DNA of 64,000 nt. Origin: Alphaproteobacteria bacterium (GTDB lineage Bacteria; Pseudomonadota; Alphaproteobacteria; GCA-2731375). Where the stretch lies: the NCBI GenBank assembly GCA_965232515.1, contig CBDDPY010000002.1:960001-1024000 (forward strand), read 5' to 3'. How positions within the stretch are numbered: the first letter of the stretch is position 1; the number at the start of each line of letters is the position of its first letter. Of this stretch, positions 43,222 to 52,303 are shown piece after piece. The position numbers were made by a program, and so were the translations under genes. The notes beneath the pieces are model-generated. The model saw only the letters and a list, made by a program, of their open reading frames with translations, was not told the DNA's origin and ran no database searches.

Positions 43222-44139
43222 ATGACGTCCCGCGCGCTCGAAGCCGCGCTGCTGATGGCGGACATCACGGGCAGCACGCCGCTTTACGAGGATATCGGCG
43301 ACGCGGCGGCCGTCGCCCGCGTGTTCGAATGCCTGGACCAGCTTCGGCAAGTCGCGGTGCGCGCCGGCGGTGTGGTTATCCACACCAAGGGCGACGATAT
43401 CCTGTGCTCGTTCGCCGAGCCGGCGGCCGCGCTCGCCGCGGTACGCGAAATGCTGAGCGGCGAGCCGGGCCACGGCCTGGCGATACACGCGGGCATCCAC
43501 TACGGCCACATGATCCCCATGCGCGGCGATGTCTATGGCGACGCCGTCAATCTGACGGCGCGGCTGGCGACGCTGGCCGAACCGGGCGAGGTGCTGATGA
43601 GCCAGAGCTTCGTCGACCGGCTGCCGGCGACCGAGGCCGGCACGCTGCAGATGCTCGATCACATGACACTCAAGGGCAAGAGCATGCCGGTCGAGGTCTA
43701 TTCGCTGCGCCGCGACGACGCCGCGCCGAACACCGAGATCGCCTTCGGCCACGGGTCCGGGCATACCCGGACCCGGCACCGGCAGGCCGTCGCCGAGGTT
43801 CACGTCACCCTGGAATACCGTGAACGGATCCTGCGCTGCCCCGACGGCGCCAGCCTCCTGATCGGCCGCGCGGCCGATTGCGACGTGCTGATCCAGCAGC
43901 CCTGGGTCTCGCGCCGGCACGGGACGGTGTCGGTGCGACACGGCAGAATCGAGTTCAGCGACCGCAGCTCGTCCGGCACCTATGTGTCCATGCCCGATGG
44001 CCACGAAATCTTTCTCCGGCGCGAGAGCGTGGCGCTGACCGGCGCGGGCTCGATCTCGCCGGCCGTGCGGCCGACCGAGGCCGAGGCCGAGGTGATCCGC
44101 TACCGCGTCGTCCAGGACCGGGACGGCGGCGATGGCTGA
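43222..44139 (+). CDS. Class III nucleotide cyclase with C-terminal FHA domain
   Basis: ADITGST, KGDD, GIHYG, GDAVNLTARL, LKGK; FHA motifs IGR...CD, VSRRH, DRSSSGTYV. Confidence 0.92.
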   Translation: MTSRALEAALLMADITGSTPLYEDIGDAAAVARVFECLDQLRQVAVRAGGVVIHTKGDDILCSFAEPAAALAAVREMLSGEPGHGLAIHAGIHYGHMIPMRGDVYGDAVNLTARLATLAEPGEVLMSQSFVDRLPATEAGTLQMLDHMTLKGKSMPVEVYSLRRDDAAPNTEIAFGHGSGHTRTRHRQAVAEVHVTLEYRERILRCPDGASLLIGRAADCDVLIQQPWVSRRHGTVSVRHGRIEFSDRSSSGTYVSMPDGHEIFLRRESVALTGAGSISPAVRPTEAEAEVIRYRVVQDRDGGDG

Positions 44140-44223
44140 CGCCGCCTCGTTTGGCGGCGCGGCGCGGCCGGCATAGACTGGGCATTGAGTGGGGTCGGGT
44201 AACTTCGGAAGGGGCGTAGGACG

Positions 44224-44589
44224 ATGAGCGACACGACAAACCAGGCAGGCGCCGAGGCCGATCCGGAAGCCTTGATGGCGGACTACGGCACGCCGGACTA
44301 TACCCGCCGGCTCGCCGACAAGATCGTCTTCGCTTTCAACCACGCCGCGGCGCTGAACCGAGACGACGTGGCCGAGCTGCTTGAGCAGGCGCTGGCGAAG
44401 TGCATCCAGGGCGAGAAGGACGACCGCAACGCGGTAGCGCTGGGCAAGACCGCGCGCTGGCGCGAGTTCATTGCCCGCCGCGATGCCTATAAGGCGGCCC
44501 GCGACAAGCACGACTATGGCTCGGCCGAGCTGACGGCGGCCCTCGAGCACATGAAATCGGCCTATGCCGAGTGGAGCGAGCATCCCTGA
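44224..44589 (+). CDS. Hypothetical helical protein
   Basis: AGGA RBS, genome-like codon usage, RRLADKI..AF.HA motif; stop overlaps the next ATG. Confidence 0.7.
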   Translation: MSDTTNQAGAEADPEALMADYGTPDYTRRLADKIVFAFNHAAALNRDDVAELLEQALAKCIQGEKDDRNAVALGKTARWREFIARRDAYKAARDKHDYGSAELTAALEHMKSAYAEWSEHP

Positions 44590-45050
44590 TGACGGCCCGC
44601 CTTCGCATTCTGGCGGCCATCGTGATGCTGGTCGCCCTGACGCCTTTCGCGGCGGCGACGGCCGATACCGACGGCAAGCTGCACATCGTCACCCAGAATG
44701 GACGGTTCACGTTTTCCGTCGAGATCGCGGACACCCCGGACAAGCGCTCGCAAGGCCTGATGTTCCGCAAATCCATGGCCGAAGACGCCGGCATGCTGTT
44801 CACCTTCGAGCGCGACCAGGTGGCCTCGTTCTGGATGAAGAACACCGAGATCCCGCTCGATATGCTGTTCATCGCCCGCGACGGGCGCATCGCCGACATG
44901 CACCGCAACGCGCAACCGCACTCGCTGCGCTCGATCCGCTCGAAAATGCCCGTCTTCGCGGTTCTGGAGATCAATGCCGGCCTGACCTCCCGACTCGGCA
45001 TTCGGGTCGGCGACCGGGTCGAGCACCCGGCCTTCGCGGCCGGCGACTGA
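44589..45050 (+). CDS. DUF192 family protein
   Basis: VEIADTP, GLMFR, GMLF, FWMKNTEIPLDMLFI, VLEINAG. Start ATG 44589. Confidence 0.93.
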   Translation: MTARLRILAAIVMLVALTPFAAATADTDGKLHIVTQNGRFTFSVEIADTPDKRSQGLMFRKSMAEDAGMLFTFERDQVASFWMKNTEIPLDMLFIARDGRIADMHRNAQPHSLRSIRSKMPVFAVLEINAGLTSRLGIRVGDRVEHPAFAAGD

Positions 45051-45053
45051 CAG

Positions 45054-45476
45054 GTGGCGCCCCGGTCCCGCGATATTCCGGCGGGCTTCGTGCTGGTCGA
45101 GCCGCGCAATCCCTTCGCCGAACTCTTGGGCCCGATCTACGAGAAGGCCGATGACGACGGCTTCCGGCGTGGCTTCCGTGTGTCGGACAAGCACCTCAAC
45201 ACCGCCGGCATCGCCCATGGCGGCATGCTGATGACCTTCGCCGACATCCTGATGGGCCAGGCCATCCGCCGGGCCGACGCCTTTCCGGCCGTCACCATCC
45301 GGATGACCACCGATTTCACGGCGCCGGCGCGCCTCGGTGACTGGGTCGACGGCACCGGCCGGACCAGCCGCGTCACCCGTTCGATGGTCTTCGTCGAGGC
45401 CGAAATCGCCGTCAACGGCCGGCTGTCGCTGACGGCAAACGGACTGTTCCAAAGACTGGGGCGACAACACGGCTGA
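45054..45476 (+). CDS. PaaI family hotdog-fold thioesterase
   Basis: HLNTAGIAHGGMLMTFAD. Confidence 0.9.
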   Translation: MAPRSRDIPAGFVLVEPRNPFAELLGPIYEKADDDGFRRGFRVSDKHLNTAGIAHGGMLMTFADILMGQAIRRADAFPAVTIRMTTDFTAPARLGDWVDGTGRTSRVTRSMVFVEAEIAVNGRLSLTANGLFQRLGRQHG

Positions 45477-45580
45477 CGCGGCACCCGTCATACGCGCCCA
45501 GGCGGCGGTCTGTTTAACCAGATTTTTGTAATAATCCGGGAAAATCGACCAGTTCGACCTGCCATACGGGAGCGTCATAC

Positions 45581-45835
45581 ATGTCGTCGGTCTGGTCCGT
45601 CAGGGGCGTGCCGCCCGAATTGCGACGCAGCATCGTCGAGGCTGCCGGCCGTGAAGGCATTCCGGTCGCGGAATGGCTCAGCCGCGCGATCTCGCCATCG
45701 CTCGCCAATGGCGCGGAACCACGACCGTCGGCGCCGCATGCCGCCTGCGCCTCGGACACCACCGTTGACGAGCTGCTGGCCCGGATCGACGGCTGTCTCG
45801 CCGAACTCCAGAATCTCAGCCGAAACGGCCAATAG
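45581..45835 (+). CDS. Small ribbon-helix-helix-like protein with coiled-coil tail
   Basis: WSVRGVPPELR...AA.REG..VAEWL pattern; GGGAG RBS. Confidence 0.6.
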   Translation: MSSVWSVRGVPPELRRSIVEAAGREGIPVAEWLSRAISPSLANGAEPRPSAPHAACASDTTVDELLARIDGCLAELQNLSRNGQ

Positions 45836-45903
45836 CCGGGCGTATGACGATGCCGTGCCGTCCGTCATACGGGCCATCGGCGGACAGCCGGAACTGACAA
45901 CCG

Positions 45904-46392
45904 ATGCCGCAGCCCCAATCCGGTCACGAATCCCCGCTCGACTTGGCCGAAGCGTCGCGCCGACTCGGCATCAGCGTCGAGGCGGTGCAGACCGCCCTCG
46001 ACCGCGGCCTGCTGCGCGGCATCCGCGGCTCGGACGGCCGCTGGCGGGTCTTCCTCAGCAGCGCGGGCGAGAACATCGGCTTTCCCGACCCGGCGGCCTC
46101 GACATCCGCCGAAACCGCGCCGACGGAGGTCCTGCTGCGCGAGCAGATCGACTATCTGCGCGGCCGCATCGAGCGGCAGGACGCCGTGATCGCCGAAAAG
46201 GACCGGACGATCGCGGAAATCGCCGGCCGCATCCTGCAGCTGGGCGAGACCGCCATCCTGCGCGAGGCGCCGGCGCGGCCGGCGGCGGACGCCATGGCCG
46301 GCTTCGAGGCCCGCTACGAGCAGGCCATGCGCAACATGGCCGAGACCCTGGTCATGGTCCGCGACTACCTGGTCCGGCAGAAGCGCACGTGA
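45904..46392 (+). CDS. HTH (MerR/excisionase-like) plus coiled-coil protein
   Basis: LAEASRRLGIS...RG.L.G....GRWRV, followed by heptads LREQIDYLR...IAEKDRTI. Confidence 0.65.
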   Translation: MPQPQSGHESPLDLAEASRRLGISVEAVQTALDRGLLRGIRGSDGRWRVFLSSAGENIGFPDPAASTSAETAPTEVLLREQIDYLRGRIERQDAVIAEKDRTIAEIAGRILQLGETAILREAPARPAADAMAGFEARYEQAMRNMAETLVMVRDYLVRQKRT

Positions 46393-46412
46393 GACCGGAC
46401 CGGGGGCTGGGG

Positions 46413-47000
46413 TCAGGCGGCGGCCAGCCGCTCTTCCAGGAGGTACAGGCGATCGGCGCCCCAGAACAATTCGCCGTCCAGCACGAATGTCGGTACGCCG
46501 AAGACGCCAAGCGCCTGCGCCTGGGCGTAGATCCGGTCGTGCTCCCGACGGCCTTCGCGGGCGAGGAAAGCGGGAAAGTCGGCCGTGTCGGCGCCGGCCT
46601 CGGCCAGCACGCCGGTGATGGCGTCGACGTCCTCGATGGTCAGCTCGCGCTTCCAGAAGCGCTCGAAGACCCGGTCGTTGTAGGCCCGGAACACGCCCTG
46701 ACGCTGGGCGAACAGCATGCCGATGCTGGCGATGGAGGAATCGTAGATCTTTTTCGGCCCGCGCACCGTCAGACCGCGTTTGTTGGCCAGTCGCCGGGCG
46801 TCCATGTAGGCGTAGCGAACCTTCCGCCACTGGTTCTCGTCCCGGCCCTCAACCGATCCAAGAAACAGAGGAATATCAAGCGTATAAGGCAGCCATCTCA
46901 ACGAAACATCGAAGCTCTCCTCGAGCCGGTAGGCCGGTTCGACGGCGAGATAGGCGTAAGGGCTCTTGTAGTCGGTGTAGACCGTAATCTCGGTTGTCAT
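46413..47000 (-). CDS. 2-hydroxychromene-2-carboxylate isomerase / DsbA-like (GST-kappa) protein
   Basis: DYKSPYAYL, GVFGVPTF, ELFWGADR. Start ATG 47000. Confidence 0.9.
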   Translation of the reverse strand: MTTEITVYTDYKSPYAYLAVEPAYRLEESFDVSLRWLPYTLDIPLFLGSVEGRDENQWRKVRYAYMDARRLANKRGLTVRGPKKIYDSSIASIGMLFAQRQGVFRAYNDRVFERFWKRELTIEDVDAITGVLAEAGADTADFPAFLAREGRREHDRIYAQAQALGVFGVPTFVLDGELFWGADRLYLLEERLAAA

Positions 47001-47096
47001 ACCGCTTCCCGGGTCGTCTGTCGGACATCGTCTGGCGGTCGCGCCGCCGACGTGCCAGCATAACGCAACGACGACGGGAGAAGGGAGGCTCCGCGA

Positions 47097-47417
47097 ATGA
47101 CTGTCCGACAGCTGCCACCCGGCATCGACGCCACGCGTCTCGATCTTGCGCGCGAATTCAAGGCCCGGCCGTTCGGCGCCCATAGCGGTGACCTGCAGCA
47201 TCTGTTGAACGTGATGCGCGGCCTGCCGATCCAGAGCAAGCACGTGCTGGTGATGACCGAGCCGCACCGACAGTGGACGCTGGCCGAGATGACCGGCGAG
47301 CCGCCGCGCCCCCGGCTGCTGTCGAACCACGTTTTCCATTCGCTGGAAGAGGCGGAATGGCACGTCTTCAAGCTGCGCTGGCGCGAGCTCATCGGCGAAC
47401 CGCTGGAGCTCGAGTGA
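47097..47417 (+). CDS. N,N-dimethylformamidase small-subunit-like protein
   Basis: EF...P.G.HS.DLQ.LL..MR and F.SLEEAEW.VFKLRW; ends 1 bp upstream of the large subunit. Confidence 0.8.
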   Translation: MTVRQLPPGIDATRLDLAREFKARPFGAHSGDLQHLLNVMRGLPIQSKHVLVMTEPHRQWTLAEMTGEPPRPRLLSNHVFHSLEEAEWHVFKLRWRELIGEPLELE

Positions 47418-47418
47418 G

Positions 47419-49653
47419 ATGGCCGATCTGCTCGCCTATTGCGATCCCCAGAGCGCCGCGCCCGGTGAGACCATCCGCTTCATGGTGAGTTGCGTCGACG
47501 CCGACCGCTACCGAACCGACATCGTGCGCCTGCTGAGCCCGGAAGGCCCGCCGACATCGCCGCCGTTCCGCGAGGAAGCGATCGACACCGCCGCCAACGG
47601 AACCTATCCCGGCCGTCGGCAGGACATTCAGATCGGCTCCTTTGCCCGCGTGCCGGCCGCGCCGCTGTTCAATGCCCGCGACAGCTTCACGCTCTCGGTC
47701 ATGGTCTGGCCGACGACGCCCGGGCGCGGCCGTCAAGCCATCCTGGGCACCTGGTCCGAGAACAACGGCGGCAGCGGCTACGGCCTCATGCTGGCCGAGG
47801 ACGGCAGCCTGGAAGTCCGCATCGGCGACGGCGCGGGCGGCACCGCCGTTCTGACCAGCGGCCGGCCGCTGCAGACCCGGCGCTGGTACCAGGCCGCGGC
47901 CAGATTCGATGCGGACAGCGGCAAACTTAGGCTGTTTCAGCGGCCGCTCGCCGACGGCACCTTCCATGCCCACGACACGGTGGCGATCGAGACGGAAACC
48001 ACGGTCCGGCCGGTCGCGTCCGACGACCCGTTCCTGTTCGCCGCCTGGCGAAACAGCGACCCGTTCGGCATCGGCGGCTTCTATAACGGCAAGCTCGATC
48101 GCCCGCGCCTCGCCAATCGGGCCCTGACCGAAGCCGAAATCACGGCGCTCGCGGGCGAGGGGATACCGGCCGGCCTGACAGATGCAGTCGTCGCCGCCTG
48201 GGACTTCGCGCAGGACATCGGTGGCGAGACCATCCGCGACCTGTCGGCGAACCGGCTCGACGGCGAGACTGTGAACACGCCGACCCGGGCCATGACCGGC
48301 TGCAACTGGGACGGCAGCGAGCACAACTGGACCCGGGCGCCCGAGCAATACGGCGCCATCCATTTCCATGACGACGACCTGGACGATGCCCGCTGGGAAA
48401 CGGACTTCAGCTTCACCGTGCCCGCGGACTGCCGCAGCGGCTGCTACGCGGCCCGGCTCAGCGCCGGCGACGCCGAGTTCTACGTGCCGTTCTTCATCCG
48501 CGCGCCCCGCGGTAAAGCCACTGCCGACGTCGCCTATCTCGCCGCCACCGCCACCTATACCGTCTACACCAACAATCTCGCCCGCTTCGTCGGCGACTAT
48601 GTCGAGCTCTACCAGGGCCGCCTGACGGTGATGGACGAAACCGACATGCTGTTGCTGCGCTATCCCGAGATCGGGGTCTCGACCTATGACCGGCACAGCG
48701 ACGGCAGCGGCGTCTGCTATTCGTCGCGGCTGCGGCCGGCGACCAACATCCGGCCCAAAGGCCGCATGTGGAACTACTGCACCGACCTGTTCATCGTCGA
48801 TTGGCTGGAACAGAGTGGCGTCGGCTACGACGTCATCACCGACGAGGACCTGCACCGGGAAGGGCGGGACCTGCTCGACCGCTACCGTGTGGTCGTAACC
48901 GGCAGCCATCCGGAATACGATTCCAAGCAGATGCTGGACGCGCTCGACGGCTGGCTGCGGGATGGCGGCCGGTTCATGTATCTCGGCGGCAACGGCTTCT
49001 ACTGGCGCATCGCCTACCACCCGACGAAACCCGGCCTGATCGAGGTACGCCGCTCCGAAGGCGGCCTGCGGGCCTGGATCGCCGAGGTCGGCGAGTACTA
49101 TCACAGTTTCACCGGCGAGTATGGCGGCCTCTGGCGGCGCCAGAACCGCGCGCCGAACGCGCTCTGCGGCGTCGGCTTCATCAGCCAGGGTTTCGACGCA
49201 TCGTCCTACTACCGCCGCACCGCGGCCAGCCACGACCCGCGCGTCGCCTTCATCTTCGAAGGCGTCGAGGACGAAATCCTGGGCGACTTCGGCGCGCTGC
49301 AGGGCGGCGCCTCCGGGCTGGAGCTCGACTGCTACGACGAAAAGCTGGGCTCGCCGCCGCACGCGCTGATCGTCGCCGCCTCGGAAGCGCATTCCAACAC
49401 CTACATGCTGGTGCCCGAGGAGGTCGCCATCCCGCACGGCGCCAGCGACGGCGTCCAGAACCCGGGCATCCGGGCGGACATGGTGTTTTTCGAGACGCCG
49501 GGCGGCGGCGCCGTCTTCTCGACCGGCTCGATCGCCTATGCCGGCAGCCTCGGCCAAAACGATTTCGACAACAACATCGCCCGGCTGACCACCAACGTGC
49601 TGAAGCGCTTCGTCGACGCGCGGCCGTTCGACCTGCCCGGCGCCGCGAGCTGA
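47419..49653 (+). CDS. N,N-dimethylformamidase large (beta) subunit family protein
   Basis: FMVS, LamG-like domain, YGAIHFHDDD, T.TY.VY.N, STYDRHSDGSG, GSHPEY, YLGGNGFYW, GEYGGLW, RADMV. Confidence 0.9.
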   Translation: MADLLAYCDPQSAAPGETIRFMVSCVDADRYRTDIVRLLSPEGPPTSPPFREEAIDTAANGTYPGRRQDIQIGSFARVPAAPLFNARDSFTLSVMVWPTTPGRGRQAILGTWSENNGGSGYGLMLAEDGSLEVRIGDGAGGTAVLTSGRPLQTRRWYQAAARFDADSGKLRLFQRPLADGTFHAHDTVAIETETTVRPVASDDPFLFAAWRNSDPFGIGGFYNGKLDRPRLANRALTEAEITALAGEGIPAGLTDAVVAAWDFAQDIGGETIRDLSANRLDGETVNTPTRAMTGCNWDGSEHNWTRAPEQYGAIHFHDDDLDDARWETDFSFTVPADCRSGCYAARLSAGDAEFYVPFFIRAPRGKATADVAYLAATATYTVYTNNLARFVGDYVELYQGRLTVMDETDMLLLRYPEIGVSTYDRHSDGSGVCYSSRLRPATNIRPKGRMWNYCTDLFIVDWLEQSGVGYDVITDEDLHREGRDLLDRYRVVVTGSHPEYDSKQMLDALDGWLRDGGRFMYLGGNGFYWRIAYHPTKPGLIEVRRSEGGLRAWIAEVGEYYHSFTGEYGGLWRRQNRAPNALCGVGFISQGFDASSYYRRTAASHDPRVAFIFEGVEDEILGDFGALQGGASGLELDCYDEKLGSPPHALIVAASEAHSNTYMLVPEEVAIPHGASDGVQNPGIRADMVFFETPGGGAVFSTGSIAYAGSLGQNDFDNNIARLTTNVLKRFVDARPFDLPGAAS

Positions 49654-49664
49654 ACCGAACCGCC

Positions 49665-51005
49665 ATGCCCGACACCGCGTCCCGAGAGATCAGACTGCGC
49701 CGCGTGCTGCGCTACTTCGCCTTTCTCGAGGCGGAGCGGCGGCGCCTGCGCAACGAGCTGTTCCCGGGTCGCAGCATCGAGGACATCGCCGTGCCGACCG
49801 ACGATGCGGTCGACGACCTGGTATTCGGCTCGCCGCCCAGCAGTCGGGCCGAGAAGATCCTGGCGGCGCTGTCGCTCGACAGCTTCGATGCGCCGCCGCC
49901 GGTCCCCGCAACCAAGCCGGCGGCGCAACCAACGAAGCCCGCCGCCACGGCGGCCCGCCAGCCGGCGGGCGCCGCCGAACCCGACAAGCCACAGATCCCG
50001 GCACCGCCGCCGGAGAATGCGACGGCGGCCACGTCGGGCGAGCCGAAGGAACTGCGCAAAATCTCGCGTCAGAAGCTGGCGGCGGTATTGGAGTCCCACA
50101 AACTCTGGCTGGAGCGCGGCAGCCAGCACGGCGTCAAGGCCGAGCTGCGCTTCACGATCCTGAACAGCGTCTCGTTCCGCGGCGCGCCGTTGCGTTATGC
50201 CGATTTCCGCCGCGCCCGCCTATCGCATGCCAGCTTCCGCGAAGCCGATCTGCGCAACGCCGACTTGCGCTACACCGATCTCGGCGAAGCCGTTCTGTCG
50301 GGCGCGAACGCGGCCGGCGCCAGCTTCACCCGCGCCAGCCTGCGCCGCGCCGACTTGCGGGTCGCCGACCTGCGCCAGGCCGATCTGCGCCGGGCGGTGC
50401 TGCGCGAGACCAATCTGCGCTCCGCCGATCTGCGCGACGCCCGGCTCGACGAGGCGTCGATGCAGGGCGCCGATCTGCGCTACGCCAAGCTCAAGGGTGC
50501 CGTGCTGGCCAAGGCCAACCTGCACGGCGCGCTGCTGCGCGAGGCCGACCTCGTCGAGGTCGGCATGACCGGCGCCGTCCTCGAGGATCTCGATCTGCAC
50601 GGGGTCGATCTGAGCAAGGCCAATCTCGTCGGCGCCAACCTGACCGGCGCCGATCTCGAAGCCGCCAAGCTGATCGACGCCGACCTGCGCGGCGCGATCC
50701 TGAACGGCGCCAACCTGGTCGGCGCCGACCTCAGCGGCGCCCGGCTGGACGACGCCAACCTCTACGCGGCCGACCTGGCGCACGCCCGGCTCGACGGCGC
50801 CGACCTTTCGGGCGCGCGGCTCAGCAAGGCGATCATGGACAATTGCACGCTGGCCGACGCCCGCCTGCAGGGCGCCGACCTGCGCGACGCGGAGGGCCTG
50901 CGGCAGCGCCAGGTCGAGGCCTGCTACGGCGACAGCAACACCCGCCTGCCGGGCGAGCTGTTCCTGACGCCCAAGCGCATTCAGCGCACCGACGACGCCA
51001 ACTAG
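49665..51005 (+). CDS. Pentapeptide repeat protein
   Basis: Long A(D/N)Lxx tract after HKLWL...G.KAEL. Start ATG 49665; the ORF-track start at 48768 is a shadow extension. Confidence 0.9.
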   Translation: MPDTASREIRLRRVLRYFAFLEAERRRLRNELFPGRSIEDIAVPTDDAVDDLVFGSPPSSRAEKILAALSLDSFDAPPPVPATKPAAQPTKPAATAARQPAGAAEPDKPQIPAPPPENATAATSGEPKELRKISRQKLAAVLESHKLWLERGSQHGVKAELRFTILNSVSFRGAPLRYADFRRARLSHASFREADLRNADLRYTDLGEAVLSGANAAGASFTRASLRRADLRVADLRQADLRRAVLRETNLRSADLRDARLDEASMQGADLRYAKLKGAVLAKANLHGALLREADLVEVGMTGAVLEDLDLHGVDLSKANLVGANLTGADLEAAKLIDADLRGAILNGANLVGADLSGARLDDANLYAADLAHARLDGADLSGARLSKAIMDNCTLADARLQGADLRDAEGLRQRQVEACYGDSNTRLPGELFLTPKRIQRTDDAN

Positions 51006-51031
51006 TTCGGTCCGAACATCAATGCTACCTG

Positions 51032-52189
51032 TTAGCGGGCCGGCAGATCGATCGTGTTGATCAGCCGGATCAGCTCGACCTGCCGATGCGTGCCGGTCTT
51101 GCGCATGGCGCGGGCCAGATGGCTGCGCGCGGTATTGATGCTGATATCGTGATCGGCCGCGTAGCGCTTTAGCGTCGTGCCGCGATAAAGCGCCACGGCC
51201 AGGCGGATTTCGGCCGGCGTCAGCTTGAACACGTCGGCCAGGATGCGCGCCACCGTCGGCGCCGCGCCTGCCGGATCTTGAATGAAAACCGCTACCGCCG
51301 GCCGGCTTGCCCCGGCATACAACAGATCCGCCGTGGCCCCGGTCCGGGGGAGGGGCCGAACCGCCAGGATCAGGGCCGGATGCCCGTCGGCGCGTGGCGC
51401 CAGCAGATCGCCGCCGGCTTCGACGCCGTCGCCTGACCACGTCCGCAGCGCCCGCTCGATGGCGCGGCCCAGCTCGCGCGCCGCCCAGCCGGCATTCGGT
51501 CTTAGTTCGCCGTGATCCACCGTTAATCCATCGCCCTTGGCCAAGAGGTTCGCGGCGGACCGATTGCAGAACAACACGCGACCGCGCTCGTCCAGCAGCA
51601 CGACGCCGGCGGCAAGCTGGTCGAGGGTCGTTTCAAGCGCCCCGGCCCGCGACGTTTGCGCTCTCAGACGCATACGCAGGTCCAGAGCCTGGCCGAAATG
51701 CGGCAGCAAGTGGCGCATGGCGGCAATGTCTTCGGCCTCGACATGCCCCTGCCGCGGCGTGCGCTGGGCCGTGATCAGGCCGATGCAGTTCGCGTCGTTG
51801 CGCAACGTACCGGCGATGAAGTAGCGCAGGTCGTCCCGTGGCAGGAACTCGGCATAGAACGGATTGCGATCCATCTCGGCTTCGGAGATGAACAGGCCGT
51901 CATAGCTGACATGGCCGGCGGCGTTTCGGTCGACATGGGGCAGGCGGGGGCAGATCGCGGCGTAGTGCGCCACGTAATCGGCCATGCCGTCGTCGGCCAG
52001 ACCGGCGCCATGGAAAAAAACCGGCTTCGCCGACGTCTTGTCGATGATTTCGACGGTGGCGCCGACCGCGCCCAGGCAATCGGCCGCCGCCAGCAAGGTC
52101 GGCGCCCACAGCGTATCGTCCAACGCGGCCGCATAGACCTGCTGGATTACGCCCTCCGGCTTCGTTCGGCCACTCAGGCGACGAGCCAT
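51032..52189 (-). CDS. LuxR-type HTH regulator with N-terminal sensor and PAS-like domains (copy A)
   Basis: VYAAALD..LW, LLPHF.QAL, VVLLD...VLFCN, LTPAE.RLA, S.NTARSHL....KTGT.RQ.ELI. Confidence 0.88.
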   Translation of the reverse strand: MARRLSGRTKPEGVIQQVYAAALDDTLWAPTLLAAADCLGAVGATVEIIDKTSAKPVFFHGAGLADDGMADYVAHYAAICPRLPHVDRNAAGHVSYDGLFISEAEMDRNPFYAEFLPRDDLRYFIAGTLRNDANCIGLITAQRTPRQGHVEAEDIAAMRHLLPHFGQALDLRMRLRAQTSRAGALETTLDQLAAGVVLLDERGRVLFCNRSAANLLAKGDGLTVDHGELRPNAGWAARELGRAIERALRTWSGDGVEAGGDLLAPRADGHPALILAVRPLPRTGATADLLYAGASRPAVAVFIQDPAGAAPTVARILADVFKLTPAEIRLAVALYRGTTLKRYAADHDISINTARSHLARAMRKTGTHRQVELIRLINTIDLPAR

Positions 52190-52303
52190 CCACCTCTGCC
52201 GTCGGCGTAGCCGACCGCTCCCGTCTGGCGCCCTCCGAAAAAGTCTAAGCCATGTTCGGCGCCGCGCGCCAGGCGGGCGGGATTCGTTGATGGAAGATGC
52301 GGG

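Noticed and set aside
37916-44139. Assignment to a named defence system (Avs, Pycsar, CBASS)
   Set aside because: No nuclease, SIR2, TIR or cNMP-binding effector gene is adjacent and there is no defence-island context, so the role is left open.
50150-50900. Periodic GCCGATCTG/GCCGACCTG repeats as a CRISPR array or tandem DNA repeat
   Set aside because: The 15-nt periodicity is explained by the pentapeptide repeat protein; there are no unique spacers or cas genes.
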